From Candidatus Bathyarchaeota archaeon (GTDB lineage Archaea > Thermoproteota > Bathyarchaeia > Bathyarchaeales > Bathyarchaeaceae), in assembly GCA_037386545.1 (NCBI GenBank), contig JARRLY010000014.1:1-57168 (forward strand): a stretch of DNA of 57,168 nucleotides, in the 5' to 3' direction. The notes beneath the pieces were generated by a model, which saw only the letters and a program-made list of their open reading frames with translations, was not told the origin of the DNA and did no database searches. How positions within the stretch are numbered: the first letter of the stretch is position 1; every line of letters begins with the position of its first letter. A program made the translations under genes and the position numbers. Below, in pieces: positions 38,292 through 48,374 of the stretch.

Positions 38292-39785
38292 GTGGTTTTA
38301 TTGAACAAGCACAGAAGATTCCGAGAACAACGGACACCTGTTCCAGTAGAAAAAATTGATGATTGCACATGGAGAATACCCCAAAGTTTCAATCAAGGAA
38401 TGCGTGTTCCAGGAATAGTCTTTGCTGACGACCAACTTATCCAAAAAATGAAACAAGACAGAACCCTTAACCAATGTTCAAATGTTGCTCATCTTCCGGG
38501 AATTTATAAAAACGCAATCACCTTGCCTGACGGTCACGAAGGGTATGGTTTTCCAATTGGCGGTGTTGCTGCTACAGATTATGAAGAAGGTGTGATTAGC
38601 CCAGGAGGAGTTGGCTACGACATTAACTGTGGAGTTCGTTTGTTGACCACAAGCCTTTCTGAAAAAGAAGTCAGACCACATTTGGGCAATCTAACTGGTG
38701 CGATTTTCAAGAATGTTCCCTGTGGTTTGGGTAGTAGCCGTAAAGATTTCAAATTGAATCTGCACGAACTGGAACACTTGATAACCGAGGGCGTCTCTTG
38801 GGCAGTAGAAAAGGGCCTAGGTAGACCCAAAGATATTGAACACTGTGAAGAAAAAGGTTGTATGGAAGGGGCAGATCCCGACAAAGTTTCTTCACGAGCT
38901 AAACAAAGAGGCTTACCTCAGAGTGGAACCTTGGGTTCAGGAAACCACTTTTTAGAAATCGGCAAAGTTGACGAAATTTACAACAAAAAAGCTGCAAAAA
39001 CTTGTGGAGTTACTCATGAAGGTCAAGTTACGGTTTTGATTCATTGTGGCTCTCGTGGGTTTGGCCATCAAACTTGTTCAGATTATTTGCGGGTTATGGA
39101 ACGAGCAGTGCAAAAATACAAGATTTCCCTTCCTGACCGCGAACTAGCTTGTGCACCAGCTACAAGTGAGGAAGCTCAAGATTATTACAAAGCTATGGCA
39201 TGTGCTGTGAACTATGCTTTTGTTAATCGTCAGGTTATAACTCATTGGGTGCGTCAAAGTTTTGAAGAGGTTCTTAAACAATCGGCTGACAATTTAGGAC
39301 TTGATTTGGTTTATGATGTTGCTCATAACATTGCAAAAATTGAAGAACATAACATAGACAGGAAACGCACCAAAGTTTGGACTCACCGAAAAGGTGCGAC
39401 TCGTTGTTTTCCTCCTGAGCACATCGATGTTCCTGCAGATTATCAGCAAATTGGGCAGCCTGTTATTATTCCGGGAAGCATGGGAACTAGTTCGTGGTTG
39501 TTAACGGGAACACAAAAAGCTATGGAACTTTCTTTTGGATCTACTGCACACGGTGCAGGACGAATGATGAGTCGCTCTGCTGCAAAACGCAGATTCTGGG
39601 GCGGAGACATAAGAAAAGGTCTAGAAAGTAGAGGAATTGTAGTTCAATCTGCTAGTCCTGCTGTTTTGGCTGAAGAAGCAGACAGCGCATACAAAAATGT
39701 TGACAATGTTGTAGAAGTTAGTCATAATGTTGGAATCGCCACCAAGGTTGCTCGTTTGGTACCCTTGGGTGTGGTTAAAGGATAA
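38292..39785 (+). CDS. rtcB: RNA-splicing ligase RtcB
   Basis: PDGHEGYGFPIGG, DINCG, GSGNHF, HCGSRG, HRKGAT, STAHGAGR. Confidence 0.97.
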   Translation: MVLLNKHRRFREQRTPVPVEKIDDCTWRIPQSFNQGMRVPGIVFADDQLIQKMKQDRTLNQCSNVAHLPGIYKNAITLPDGHEGYGFPIGGVAATDYEEGVISPGGVGYDINCGVRLLTTSLSEKEVRPHLGNLTGAIFKNVPCGLGSSRKDFKLNLHELEHLITEGVSWAVEKGLGRPKDIEHCEEKGCMEGADPDKVSSRAKQRGLPQSGTLGSGNHFLEIGKVDEIYNKKAAKTCGVTHEGQVTVLIHCGSRGFGHQTCSDYLRVMERAVQKYKISLPDRELACAPATSEEAQDYYKAMACAVNYAFVNRQVITHWVRQSFEEVLKQSADNLGLDLVYDVAHNIAKIEEHNIDRKRTKVWTHRKGATRCFPPEHIDVPADYQQIGQPVIIPGSMGTSSWLLTGTQKAMELSFGSTAHGAGRMMSRSAAKRRFWGGDIRKGLESRGIVVQSASPAVLAEEADSAYKNVDNVVEVSHNVGIATKVARLVPLGVVKG

Positions 39786-39795
39786 TTTGCTAACA

Positions 39796-40680
39796 CTATT
39801 GGGTTCGTAAATAATGAAAAAGGTACTCTTGGGCGTACCCAACATATCTTCCAAAGTATTCGCGACCAAAGGCGCCAATAGTTTCGTATTCTTTTGGGGT
39901 AATTGAACCCTTATTTGCCACCCGTTTGATGAACTCTGGGTCAAAATGCTTGGCATATAATCTTGTGGTTGCTCTTTTCATCCAAACATCTATCGGAAAA
40001 GCTTCAAGTTTTTCTAAGGAAAACAACAAAACACAGTCTGCTACCTTGTGACCAACCCCGGGCAACTTTAACAGTTCTTGTTTTGCTTGATAATAATCTA
40101 AACCTTTGAGGTTTTCCAAGTTTAATTCTTTGTTGTTTATTCTTTTAGCTGTTTCTAGGATGCGTTCGGCTCTGAATCCGAGTCCGCAATTTCGCATATC
40201 TTTGGGGCAGGCTTGCAATAGTTGTTCAGGTTTAGGAAACGTATAGAAGTCATAGCCGTTAAAGGTTATTTTATTTCCAAAGCATCGGGAGATGTTATTT
40301 ATCATCTTTTTTATGGCAGGTATGCCTTTGAAGGTTGCACAAATGTAAGATGCAAGGCACTCCCAGGGTTCTTGTCGGATTAATCGCAGTCCATAAAATT
40401 TGTTGATTGCTTGTTTGATGTGCTCGTCTTTAGATACTTGTGAGAGGAGTTGGGGGAGCTTGTCGTCTAGTCTTAGATAGTTTTCTAAAAAACCATCATT
40501 TTTTGTTTCTGGAAAAAACTGGAATGATAATGTGTCATTTTCTTGTTTTATCTTTATGACCTTATCTGCGACTACACCGTACCACCAGTCACCAAGTTTT
40601 TGCCACCTGAATAGTTGTCCGCAATCAAGGCTGTGTTCTAAGCTGAAGGGAGTTTTTGTTGAATTCAGCTTAATTTCCAT
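39796..40680 (-). CDS. 8-oxoguanine DNA glycosylase (OGG1/AlkA-type HhH-GPD)
   Basis: CGQLFRW, QEPWECL, LPGVGHKVADC, FPIDVW. Confidence 0.9.
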   Translation of the reverse strand: MEIKLNSTKTPFSLEHSLDCGQLFRWQKLGDWWYGVVADKVIKIKQENDTLSFQFFPETKNDGFLENYLRLDDKLPQLLSQVSKDEHIKQAINKFYGLRLIRQEPWECLASYICATFKGIPAIKKMINNISRCFGNKITFNGYDFYTFPKPEQLLQACPKDMRNCGLGFRAERILETAKRINNKELNLENLKGLDYYQAKQELLKLPGVGHKVADCVLLFSLEKLEAFPIDVWMKRATTRLYAKHFDPEFIKRVANKGSITPKEYETIGAFGREYFGRYVGYAQEYLFHYLRTQ

Positions 40681-41120
40681 GGAAAGTCTGTTCTTCCAAT
40701 AGAGCCTGCAAATAATGTATCTCCTGTAAAAACAAGTCCGTCACCTAGCAAGGAGATTCCACTTTTTGTGTGTCCGGGTGTGTACAACACAACCAGTTTG
40801 TAGTTGCCGATGTTGATTACGTCACCGTCACTGAGTTTTTTGTCAGGATTAGCCCGCCCTGAGTGGTTTTCATGAATCAGAATTAAGGCACCTGTTGCCT
40901 GTTTCATAATCATGTTTCCAGAAATGTGATCTGGGTGTCCGTGCGTGTTGATTATGTATTTTGTTGTTAGTCCGTTTTGTTTGATGTAGTCCAAAATGGG
41001 TTGAGCTTCTGTTCTGGTTTCTAATCCAGGGTCAATGATTGCTGCTTGTTTGGTTTCTTCACAGCTTACAACATAGCAGTTAGTAGACAAATATCCAACC
41101 TTGAAACATTTAACGTTCAT
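40665..41120 (-). pseudogene. MBL-fold (glyoxalase II-like) hydrolase, C-terminally truncated
   Basis: THGHPDH, TPGHT, TGDTLF..SIGRTDFP, then an abrupt run into the OGG1 start; final PGHG motif absent. Confidence 0.8.
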
Positions 41121-41269
41121 TTAACAGACCTCACTAAACAACTCATACTCAAAAATAAAGCGGGCTATAAAAAGTATACAAAAACGGATGAAGTATAACA
41201 GTAAACCTGCAAATCTGAGGCCACTAAACCAAAAAAGACCTAAATAAAATATTACAATTCTTGTTTGCT

Positions 41270-41325
41270 TGAAATTTTCAGAAAAAGGTTGTTTTCAACA
41301 TAGCACTATTATTGATATAGTAATA
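41270..41325 (+). repeat. Dispersed ~56-bp intergenic repeat, copy B
   Basis: tgaaattttcagaaaaaggttgttttcaacatagcactattattgatatagtaata. Confidence 0.65.
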
Positions 41326-41452
41326 GATGCTTAATTTGGGTTTTTTTGGTCATTTTGTAATACGTTATTTTTTTACCTATCAAGTTTCGACATATGTCTT
41401 TGCAGGTAGGATTCTATTTATTCTAAATCAAGACATTAAATCAAGTAATTTG

Positions 41453-41608
41453 GTGAGCAGAAAATTGAAGTATGAAATAGAAATTGAGCTTCCTAGTTCT
41501 GGTGCATGGTTCAAATACTTTACTGGAATCGACTCTTTAGAAGAGGCACAAACAATCAAAGCGGCTGCAGAAGGCAACGTTAACGCCAGAATTATGAAAG
41601 GCGCATAA
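41453..41608 (+). CDS. Small hypothetical protein (51 aa)
   Basis: GTG start: MSRKLKYEIEIELPSSGAWFKYFTGIDSLEEAQTIKAAAEGNVNARIMKGA; followed by a T-rich tract. Confidence 0.55.
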   Translation: MSRKLKYEIEIELPSSGAWFKYFTGIDSLEEAQTIKAAAEGNVNARIMKGA

Positions 41609-41766
41609 TTCTGTTTATTAGCTTTGCTTTTGTTGCGGTTTTAGTATTCTGTTTTCTATGTTTTCGTTATTTTACAGATTTTTGTTTTATTATAGCAAAA
41701 TTTTAATCAGCTCCAACATGTACGGCATAATAGGAACAGCTAACGGAAGGATACAGGCGAAATAAA

Positions 41767-42567
41767 GTGGTTGCTAGCTTTGATAACATAAAAAAATACA
41801 TTCAGATGCGAGAAAAAACTGACCGCCAGATGTCAATCTTTTGGTTATTTTTGTACTTTTTGCCCATTTTTGTTGCAATTATAGCGGTTGGCTATGTTAT
41901 GGTTTCTTTCATGGCTCAGTTTTCTTCAGTTGAGTTTGTGACTGAATACGATTTCATTTATGACAAAATATCATCCGATGTTGCGCGGCCATGGTTTCTT
42001 GTTGGTTTGTCCTGGTTTATTTCAATATTTGTTGGACTAGTTGTTCCATATTATCTTGTTAATCGGCGCAAAACCCATTTTAACCGACAAAAACTCCTGT
42101 GTGAAAACCTAATTGCTGGTATTGATTCGGTTGCACAAACACAAGAGATAGATGTTCAAGAAGGTTTGCTATCTCTACGAAAAAATGTTGAAGAAACAAA
42201 AGCAGATAGAACGGACAAAAATCCAATTTTATGGGCATTTTTGTCGGCTTTTATTCCATTTATTTCGTTATATGTTTATTATTTTCTGCTTTCGGACTTT
42301 TACAAGCATGAACAACTGGAAAACAGTTTTTGGCAACAATCCAGCAGCACATTAAGTCAGTTAGGAATCAATTTTTCTGTGCCCCAAAGAACAGAAGCGA
42401 TTCCTAACAGAAGTTTTGTGTTATATCTGATTTTAACTATAGTGACTATGGGCTTGTTTGGAGCATACTGGCTTTATTTTCTGTTGAAAGACCCCAACCA
42501 ACACTTTGATTACCACAAAAAAGTGGAAAATCAACTGTTAACTGCATTAGACTCAAATGAGCTGTAA
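41767..42567 (+). CDS. DUF4234-like membrane protein
   Basis: RSFVLYLILTIVTMGLFGAYWLY...DPNQHF motif; several TMs. Confidence 0.7.
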   Translation: MVASFDNIKKYIQMREKTDRQMSIFWLFLYFLPIFVAIIAVGYVMVSFMAQFSSVEFVTEYDFIYDKISSDVARPWFLVGLSWFISIFVGLVVPYYLVNRRKTHFNRQKLLCENLIAGIDSVAQTQEIDVQEGLLSLRKNVEETKADRTDKNPILWAFLSAFIPFISLYVYYFLLSDFYKHEQLENSFWQQSSSTLSQLGINFSVPQRTEAIPNRSFVLYLILTIVTMGLFGAYWLYFLLKDPNQHFDYHKKVENQLLTALDSNEL

Positions 42568-42580
42568 AAATCAGTTCGGT

Positions 42581-43161
42581 TTAAATCCCAAGAAGATACG
42601 GAGTAACAAAGGTTTCAATCAGCGCTGCAATACCCATTAGAATTATTGACGTTATTGCAAAGATTGCTGTGTCTTGTATTCCTACTTTGAATTTTGATTT
42701 TTCTAAGGTTCTACCCTTTAGTTTGGTTAATATTGCCTCTGAAAGGGTTACCTGCCACAAAACTATCGCTGATAACTGGAATAAAAATGCGGGTATCTCA
42801 ATTATTCCATGAGGCACAAGTCCGATTATAGGATATACAACTCCGTTTCTTGCTCCCACCATGACTGCTACTATTCCAATTATTCCACTGTTAAGCAAAA
42901 CTTCCAATCCAAGCAAAAAAGGCCCTAAAAATGGAATCCAAACAATCATTCTGATAGGGTTCCAAAAATGACCAATTCTGTGAACTGGTTCAAATTTTCA
43001 GTTAGTTCAGGTACAGCATTAAAAATTATGACAGTGACAATTATTGAGGCTGCCAACAAAACAACGAAAGATAAGGTTATTGATTTAACAATCAAAATGT
43101 TTCTATTGAGTGCTTCTTTGAAGACCTGTTTTGCCTTCGAGAATTGTGACTCGACTTGCAG
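42581..43161 (-). pseudogene. SpoIIM/DUF95-family membrane protein split by a frameshifting deletion
   Basis: PHGIIEIPA and AALIETFVTP motifs in 42581-42949; a hydrophobic upstream frame (from ~43161) is out of frame, junction ~42977. Confidence 0.75.
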
Positions 43162-43356
43162 ACCCTACAGCCCCATGTAAACTGAATAACTTGGATTGAT
43201 TAAAACTTTTATCTGGGTAAAATTTTTTTCATATACACATTCTAGAAAAAATACCGAATACAAAACGTAATTTTAAATATCGAATAGGTTTTAAACTTGT
43301 GAATCACATTTTTTCAGGTAAACAACTTTCTATTATTTTGCTGTGGAACGGACCAA

Positions 43357-44718
43357 ATGACGGCTCAACTAACTGAATCCTTAAAAGAAAATATACTGAA
43401 CATATGCAAAGATGTTGCAGGTTCTCGCAAAATCACTGCTGTTTGCGTTTATGGCCCGTGGGCGTGTGGATATGCGAACAAAAAAACTGACATAAATGTG
43501 CTATTGGTTCTTGAAAGGTTTCTTCTTAGGCTACAAAATCATTATGACACCAATGGCGACACCAAAATTTCAGTTTTGATTGTTAACCGTTCAGACTTTG
43601 AAAGAGACATCAAAAAAGGATGGTTAGGAGAATTTTGTGCAGAACGACTGCTTCTGCCCTATGTCCCGTTGATTAATTCTGAATATTTAGAAAGCAACGA
43701 AAAGGAAACTAAAAAAAGAATAATAATGGAAATTTTGGGGAACGTAGTTTTAGAATTTCCTGAATCTTCTTATGATTTTAGCATAAAAAACGAATACTTC
43801 ATGTACGAAACAATGATGCGAAAAGCCAAACTGTTTCCTCCATTAGCCTATGTTTTTCACAATGTTACTCAAAAGAATGGAGATCAAAATATCAAAAACA
43901 TCATGGATGGTTACTTGAAGGCATTTAAAGAATTGGAAAAAGAAAACATTATTGCTCTTTTTGATGACCACATAAAAATTACAGCAAAACACATCGAAGC
44001 AATAAAAAACTGGAAAAATAAAATTCCCGTTGTCATCAAGTTTTTGCGGAGAATGACTGTTACCCCTCTTTTGAGAATGTTTTCCGAAACTGCGGACTCG
44101 TTTATTCAAGAACGACGACTTTTCTCAACTGACAACAAAAACACAATTAGCGCCAATCATTTGGTTTCCCAACTAGAAGACCCCAGAAAATATGTTTTAC
44201 TTCCTACACCGTTGGGGGTAATTTCGCTAGCGGATAAATCTGACATAACTGATGTAGCAAAAAAATTAATGGTTGCCGACAAGTTCTCAAAGATTGAAAT
44301 TAAAAAAATTGGCGGAGTTTTTAACGACATTTATCTTCTGACGATAACAAAAAATGATCAAGAAAAAGTTGCCAAGGCTCATAGTTTAGGGGTTACTTTG
44401 GGAGATTGTAAACCAGAAAATTTCATGGTTACAGAAAAAGGAATTTTTTTGTTAGACCTTGAACAAGCATCAAGAAAAGGAAACAAAACATGGGACGTTG
44501 CAGAATTTTTGTATTTCTCAGGTCACTACAGTCCAGCCATGTCACCAACCACACCTGCAATAATTATTGCAAAAAGCTTCATTGAAGGATACCTCCAAGG
44601 AGGAGGCGACAAAAAAGATGTAATACGAGCGGCGTCTCCAAAGTATACTAAAGTCTTTACTGTTTTTACGGCCCCTCACATTTTACTTGCAATGTCTAAT
44701 ATTTGCAAAAAAACATAA
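43357..44718 (+). CDS. Nucleotidyltransferase-like domain fused to a Kdo/RIO-like kinase; kinase N-lobe largely missing
   Basis: YGPWACGYANKKTDIN (degenerate GS..DxD); IGGVFN glycine loop; GDCKPEN, DLEQA, WDVAEFL. Confidence 0.7.
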   Translation: MTAQLTESLKENILNICKDVAGSRKITAVCVYGPWACGYANKKTDINVLLVLERFLLRLQNHYDTNGDTKISVLIVNRSDFERDIKKGWLGEFCAERLLLPYVPLINSEYLESNEKETKKRIIMEILGNVVLEFPESSYDFSIKNEYFMYETMMRKAKLFPPLAYVFHNVTQKNGDQNIKNIMDGYLKAFKELEKENIIALFDDHIKITAKHIEAIKNWKNKIPVVIKFLRRMTVTPLLRMFSETADSFIQERRLFSTDNKNTISANHLVSQLEDPRKYVLLPTPLGVISLADKSDITDVAKKLMVADKFSKIEIKKIGGVFNDIYLLTITKNDQEKVAKAHSLGVTLGDCKPENFMVTEKGIFLLDLEQASRKGNKTWDVAEFLYFSGHYSPAMSPTTPAIIIAKSFIEGYLQGGGDKKDVIRAASPKYTKVFTVFTAPHILLAMSNICKKT

Positions 44719-44733
44719 AAAAACAACTGAATT

Positions 44734-46374
44734 TTAACTTTGTACAAGTTCTTGTAGCCTATCGTTAAGAAGGTGATACTCTTTTTCTGAAATCCATTTT
44801 TCTTCTTTGAGTTCAGTAATTCCCTTTTTGATTGCTAACTGTGACTCAGTTTTTTGGAAAATATTGGCTTTATGACCTGCTTCATTAATCTCCTTTTCAA
44901 AAACTGGGCTTTCTTGGGTCAAGTCCACCAATCGATCGAGAAGAGCAGTAATAGTTTCTGAGCGGTTTTGCAAAAAATATTTCATTTTTCCTGAACTAAA
45001 AACACTTTTCAGTTTGGTTTTAATTCCTATGCAGCCCATTTTTGAGGGAGGAAAAATCACATAACGTTTTGCAACTTCTGTTTCGAAACAAACCAAATAA
45101 GCAGACAAATAAGCCAAAACTTTTTTTCTTCTTCTTTCATTGACACCAAAATCATCCAGTTCAGCTAATGCTGTTTCTTTTATTGAAACCATTTCATCAA
45201 TTTCTTTGATTATTGCAGTAGTCATTTCCTGCAAAGAAACCAGTTCCTGCTCTTCCAATCTAGACCTAGCTTCTTTGGCCGCTTCAAGATCATGAAGAGC
45301 TCTCATGGCATCTTCAACTTTGTCGTTTGGTTTTGTTCGTGTCCGGCTCACTTTGATTTTTTTGGCTTCCTCAACATTTTCAATTTCGCGGTCAATATCT
45401 TTGATTTCTTTATTCAACAAGGGAATTTGTTTTTTGTTTTCTTCAATTTTTTTGGACATATCAAACTCACCAGCTTCATCTTTGTTATCCCTTGCAACCT
45501 TGATGTCTGCTTCAAGACGCTCATTTTGTTTTGAAAATCGTTCAAGTTTCTTTTCAATTACAACCCGTTTCTGATGAAGAGCCCTAAGCTTAAGGTCATA
45601 TCTGTCACAAATCCTTGTTACTTCTTCATCGCGCTTTTCTTTAATTTCCTTTATTTTTGCCATTACTTTGGGTTTTACTTTCTTAATTTTTTGGTTAAAT
45701 TCTTTCATGCTTTTTCGCATATCTGCCTGTAATGACTTTACTTGCTTTCTTGAGGATTGACTTAAAAATTTCATAACGGCCTTTAGATTTTTAATATCTC
45801 GTTCGAGGTCGTTTTTAACTTCATTGAGCTTTTCTACTGATGATTCAACTTCAGATTCATCCAACATCGGCGATAAAACTGCTTTTGAAGAATCAGATTT
45901 TACTGAATCTTCTGAATCATTAAGATAATCCATTACATCTTGAATAAATTCGGACTTTGTGATAAGGCCTTCAATTGTTTTTTCTTCTTGACCGTCAAAG
46001 TTTTTGAAATAATTAATATTTTGAGACAAAGCTGCACTATAGGCGGCATTTGACTTTGAACTTGCTTTAATGTCAGTATCAAAAGCATTAACATCTGGAA
46101 CTATATCATAATTTATCGATTTTTCTGTAAATTCAAGACCGTCAAAAATTAGGGTCATTCCATTCCAAGGAACTAACCATAAAGGATACCCTATTTCGGT
46201 TATAAATTCCAGCTTCTCGGCTGGTTTTTTTAAGACAGTCCCTTCACCTTTTTTTCTTTCTCGTTCTGCTAAATAGAAAAGCCCTGCCATTTCCATGTCT
46301 TTTGTGAAGGGTCTAACGCGCTCTTTAGCTGCAACGCAAAAAGGCAAGCCAATTCTTTTTACTTTTTTCGCCAA
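44734..46374 (-). CDS. Long coiled-coil hypothetical protein
   Basis: ~250-aa K/E-rich heptad region between globular ends (YPLWLVPW...FDGL); no Walker A. Confidence 0.75.
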   Translation of the reverse strand: MAKKVKRIGLPFCVAAKERVRPFTKDMEMAGLFYLAERERKKGEGTVLKKPAEKLEFITEIGYPLWLVPWNGMTLIFDGLEFTEKSINYDIVPDVNAFDTDIKASSKSNAAYSAALSQNINYFKNFDGQEEKTIEGLITKSEFIQDVMDYLNDSEDSVKSDSSKAVLSPMLDESEVESSVEKLNEVKNDLERDIKNLKAVMKFLSQSSRKQVKSLQADMRKSMKEFNQKIKKVKPKVMAKIKEIKEKRDEEVTRICDRYDLKLRALHQKRVVIEKKLERFSKQNERLEADIKVARDNKDEAGEFDMSKKIEENKKQIPLLNKEIKDIDREIENVEEAKKIKVSRTRTKPNDKVEDAMRALHDLEAAKEARSRLEEQELVSLQEMTTAIIKEIDEMVSIKETALAELDDFGVNERRRKKVLAYLSAYLVCFETEVAKRYVIFPPSKMGCIGIKTKLKSVFSSGKMKYFLQNRSETITALLDRLVDLTQESPVFEKEINEAGHKANIFQKTESQLAIKKGITELKEEKWISEKEYHLLNDRLQELVQS

Positions 46375-46655
46375 GGTTTACACCAGTTTAGTCTATTTGC
46401 TAATTGAACTACACGTGATATTTTCAGTTTCGTAAACTATCAGGTGTTGTTGTCTTCTTTAACAGGAGACGAGATTGAATTAAACTAATTCTAACAGGTT
46501 ATTTAGGTTTGTTGCTTCAACTCTATGCTCCTTAAAAAGGCTTTAAAAACCACTTTTAAATTTTCGGTCAAATAATGTTAACTATGGTTTTCAAAACTCT
46601 TTAGTTCGGAGCATTTAAATCTGTGGAAAAACTTTGCAGTTGACGGTGGATTAAG

Positions 46656-47186
46656 GTGAACTACAGTAAAGACATACCCATCGGAGAGCACCCCCCAGAA
46701 GTTTTAAACGCTGTTATAGAAGTAGTGAGTGGTTCAAGAGACAAATACGAATACAAATCAGAATGGGAAGCCTTTACCTTAGACCGAATGATTCCATCTT
46801 CTGTTGTTTTCCCTATTGAATACGGATTTGTTCCTCAAACATGGTACGACGACAACGACCCGCTTGACATAATGGTTATGAGTTATGAACCCTTAGAAGT
46901 CGGATGCATCGTACGCGTTAGAGTAATTGGCGTGCTAGAAATTGAAGATGAAAAAGGTGTAGACTCGAAAATTTTGTCTGTTCTTGTTGATGATCCCCGA
47001 TTTGAAGGCATCCACGACATAGCTGATGTTCATGTTCATCAACTTAGGGAAATTCAAGAATTCTTTGAAACCTACAAACGATTAGAACCCCACAAATGGG
47101 TCAAAGTAAACGGATGGGAACCCGCAAAAAAAGCCCAAGAAATTGTTCAATACGCAGCTGAACAATACAAAAAACACAAAAAATAA
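46656..47186 (+). CDS. ppa: Inorganic pyrophosphatase (family I)
   Basis: KYEY, YGFVPQT, DDNDPLD, DEKGVDSK, FFETYKRLE. Confidence 0.96.
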   Translation: MNYSKDIPIGEHPPEVLNAVIEVVSGSRDKYEYKSEWEAFTLDRMIPSSVVFPIEYGFVPQTWYDDNDPLDIMVMSYEPLEVGCIVRVRVIGVLEIEDEKGVDSKILSVLVDDPRFEGIHDIADVHVHQLREIQEFFETYKRLEPHKWVKVNGWEPAKKAQEIVQYAAEQYKKHKK

Positions 47187-47212
47187 CAAAATACCTTTTT
47201 TGCGCTCAATTT

Positions 47213-47899
47213 ATGTTTGTGATAAAAATGGGCCTGAAGGCAGTAATGTTTGATTTGGGTTTAACTCTTATTCGAACGGCATCTTTTCCAGAAATTTATC
47301 GGCGCATACTAGCAAATTTTGATGTTAAAGTTTCTGTTGAAGCAATTATAAAAGCGCAAAAACAAACCGAAAAAGAGTTTGACGTATCAAATTATGATGA
47401 AAATAAACGACAAAAATTCTGGACAGATTACAACACCGCTTTAATCAAAAAACTAGGAACCAAAGAAAACATTGTTTTTTTGGCCAGTAAAATTGACGAA
47501 CTTTGGTGGCGTTTTTCTCACATGGAAGTTTTTGAGGAGGTGGAACCCACATTTTCCGAACTAAAATCCAGAGGATTAAAAATTGGCCTTATATCAAACG
47601 GATTTCAAAAGGACCTTGACTATGTCTTGGAGGAATTAGACCTAAAAAAATGGTTTGACTCAGTAGTTTGCATTGATTCATGTAATTGTGCAAAACCAAA
47701 CAAAGAAATTTTTTTGTTTGCTCTTGACCAGTTACAAGTAAAACCAAATGAAACTGTCTTTGTGGGAAATTCCATTGAGCAGGACTATGACGGAGCATTT
47801 GCTGTTGGAATCAGGCCGTTTCTAATCGACCGAGAACAAAAGCATTCAAGTCAGTATAACAAAATTAATAGTTTAACTGACTTGCTAAGTATTCTTTAA
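47213..47899 (+). CDS. HAD-superfamily hydrolase
   Basis: FDLGLTL, ISN, KP, VGNS..QDYDGA. Confidence 0.88.
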   Translation: MFVIKMGLKAVMFDLGLTLIRTASFPEIYRRILANFDVKVSVEAIIKAQKQTEKEFDVSNYDENKRQKFWTDYNTALIKKLGTKENIVFLASKIDELWWRFSHMEVFEEVEPTFSELKSRGLKIGLISNGFQKDLDYVLEELDLKKWFDSVVCIDSCNCAKPNKEIFLFALDQLQVKPNETVFVGNSIEQDYDGAFAVGIRPFLIDREQKHSSQYNKINSLTDLLSIL

Positions 47900-47906
47900 G
47901 AACGAA

Positions 47907-48374
47907 TTATTTTCGTAGTTGAGCAGGCAACAACACTTTTTCTTCAATTATTATGGCAGTTGAGGTTTCATCTATTCCTTGTATCTGTCTTGTTTTTTCT
48001 ATAAAATCCGACAACTTTTTGAGGCTTTCAAAGCGTGCTTTCGCCATCAAATCAAAGTTTGCTGCTTGAACTTCAGTTATTTCTTCGATTTCGTTGAAAC
48101 TTGTCAATGCATTTATGATATCTTTTTTTGGTATGTGACCGTTTCCGGGAGTTGCCTCGGACAAATTAATCTGCATTAACGCCCCAATAGGTAGTAAAGT
48201 CTTTTCATAATCAATCAAAGCTTTGTATCCAATGATTATACCCTCTTGTTCCATTTTTTTGATTCGTCTATGAACAGTAGATATAGGCATTCCTAAAATT
48301 TTTGAAAGTTTTCTGCTAGAAAAACCTGAACGTCTTGCTAGAATTTTGAGTATTTGTTCGTCTTTTTCATCCAC
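47907..48374 (-). CDS. Lrp/AsnC-family transcriptional regulator
   Basis: DEKDEQIL, STVHRRIKKMEQEGII HTH, C-terminal RAM domain. Confidence 0.92.
   Translation of the reverse strand: MDEKDEQILKILARRSGFSSRKLSKILGMPISTVHRRIKKMEQEGIIIGYKALIDYEKTLLPIGALMQINLSEATPGNGHIPKKDIINALTSFNEIEEITEVQAANFDLMAKARFESLKKLSDFIEKTRQIQGIDETSTAIIIEEKVLLPAQLRK

Noticed and set aside
41186-41222. Possible C/D-box sRNA (ATGAAG...CTGA)
   Set aside because: Poor box C, too short, no C'/D' pair
43159-43176. ATG-GGG-CTG-TAG in frame with the SpoIIM N-terminus as pyrrolysine readthrough
   Set aside because: Single instance, no pyl genes in view; a downstream alternative start explains it
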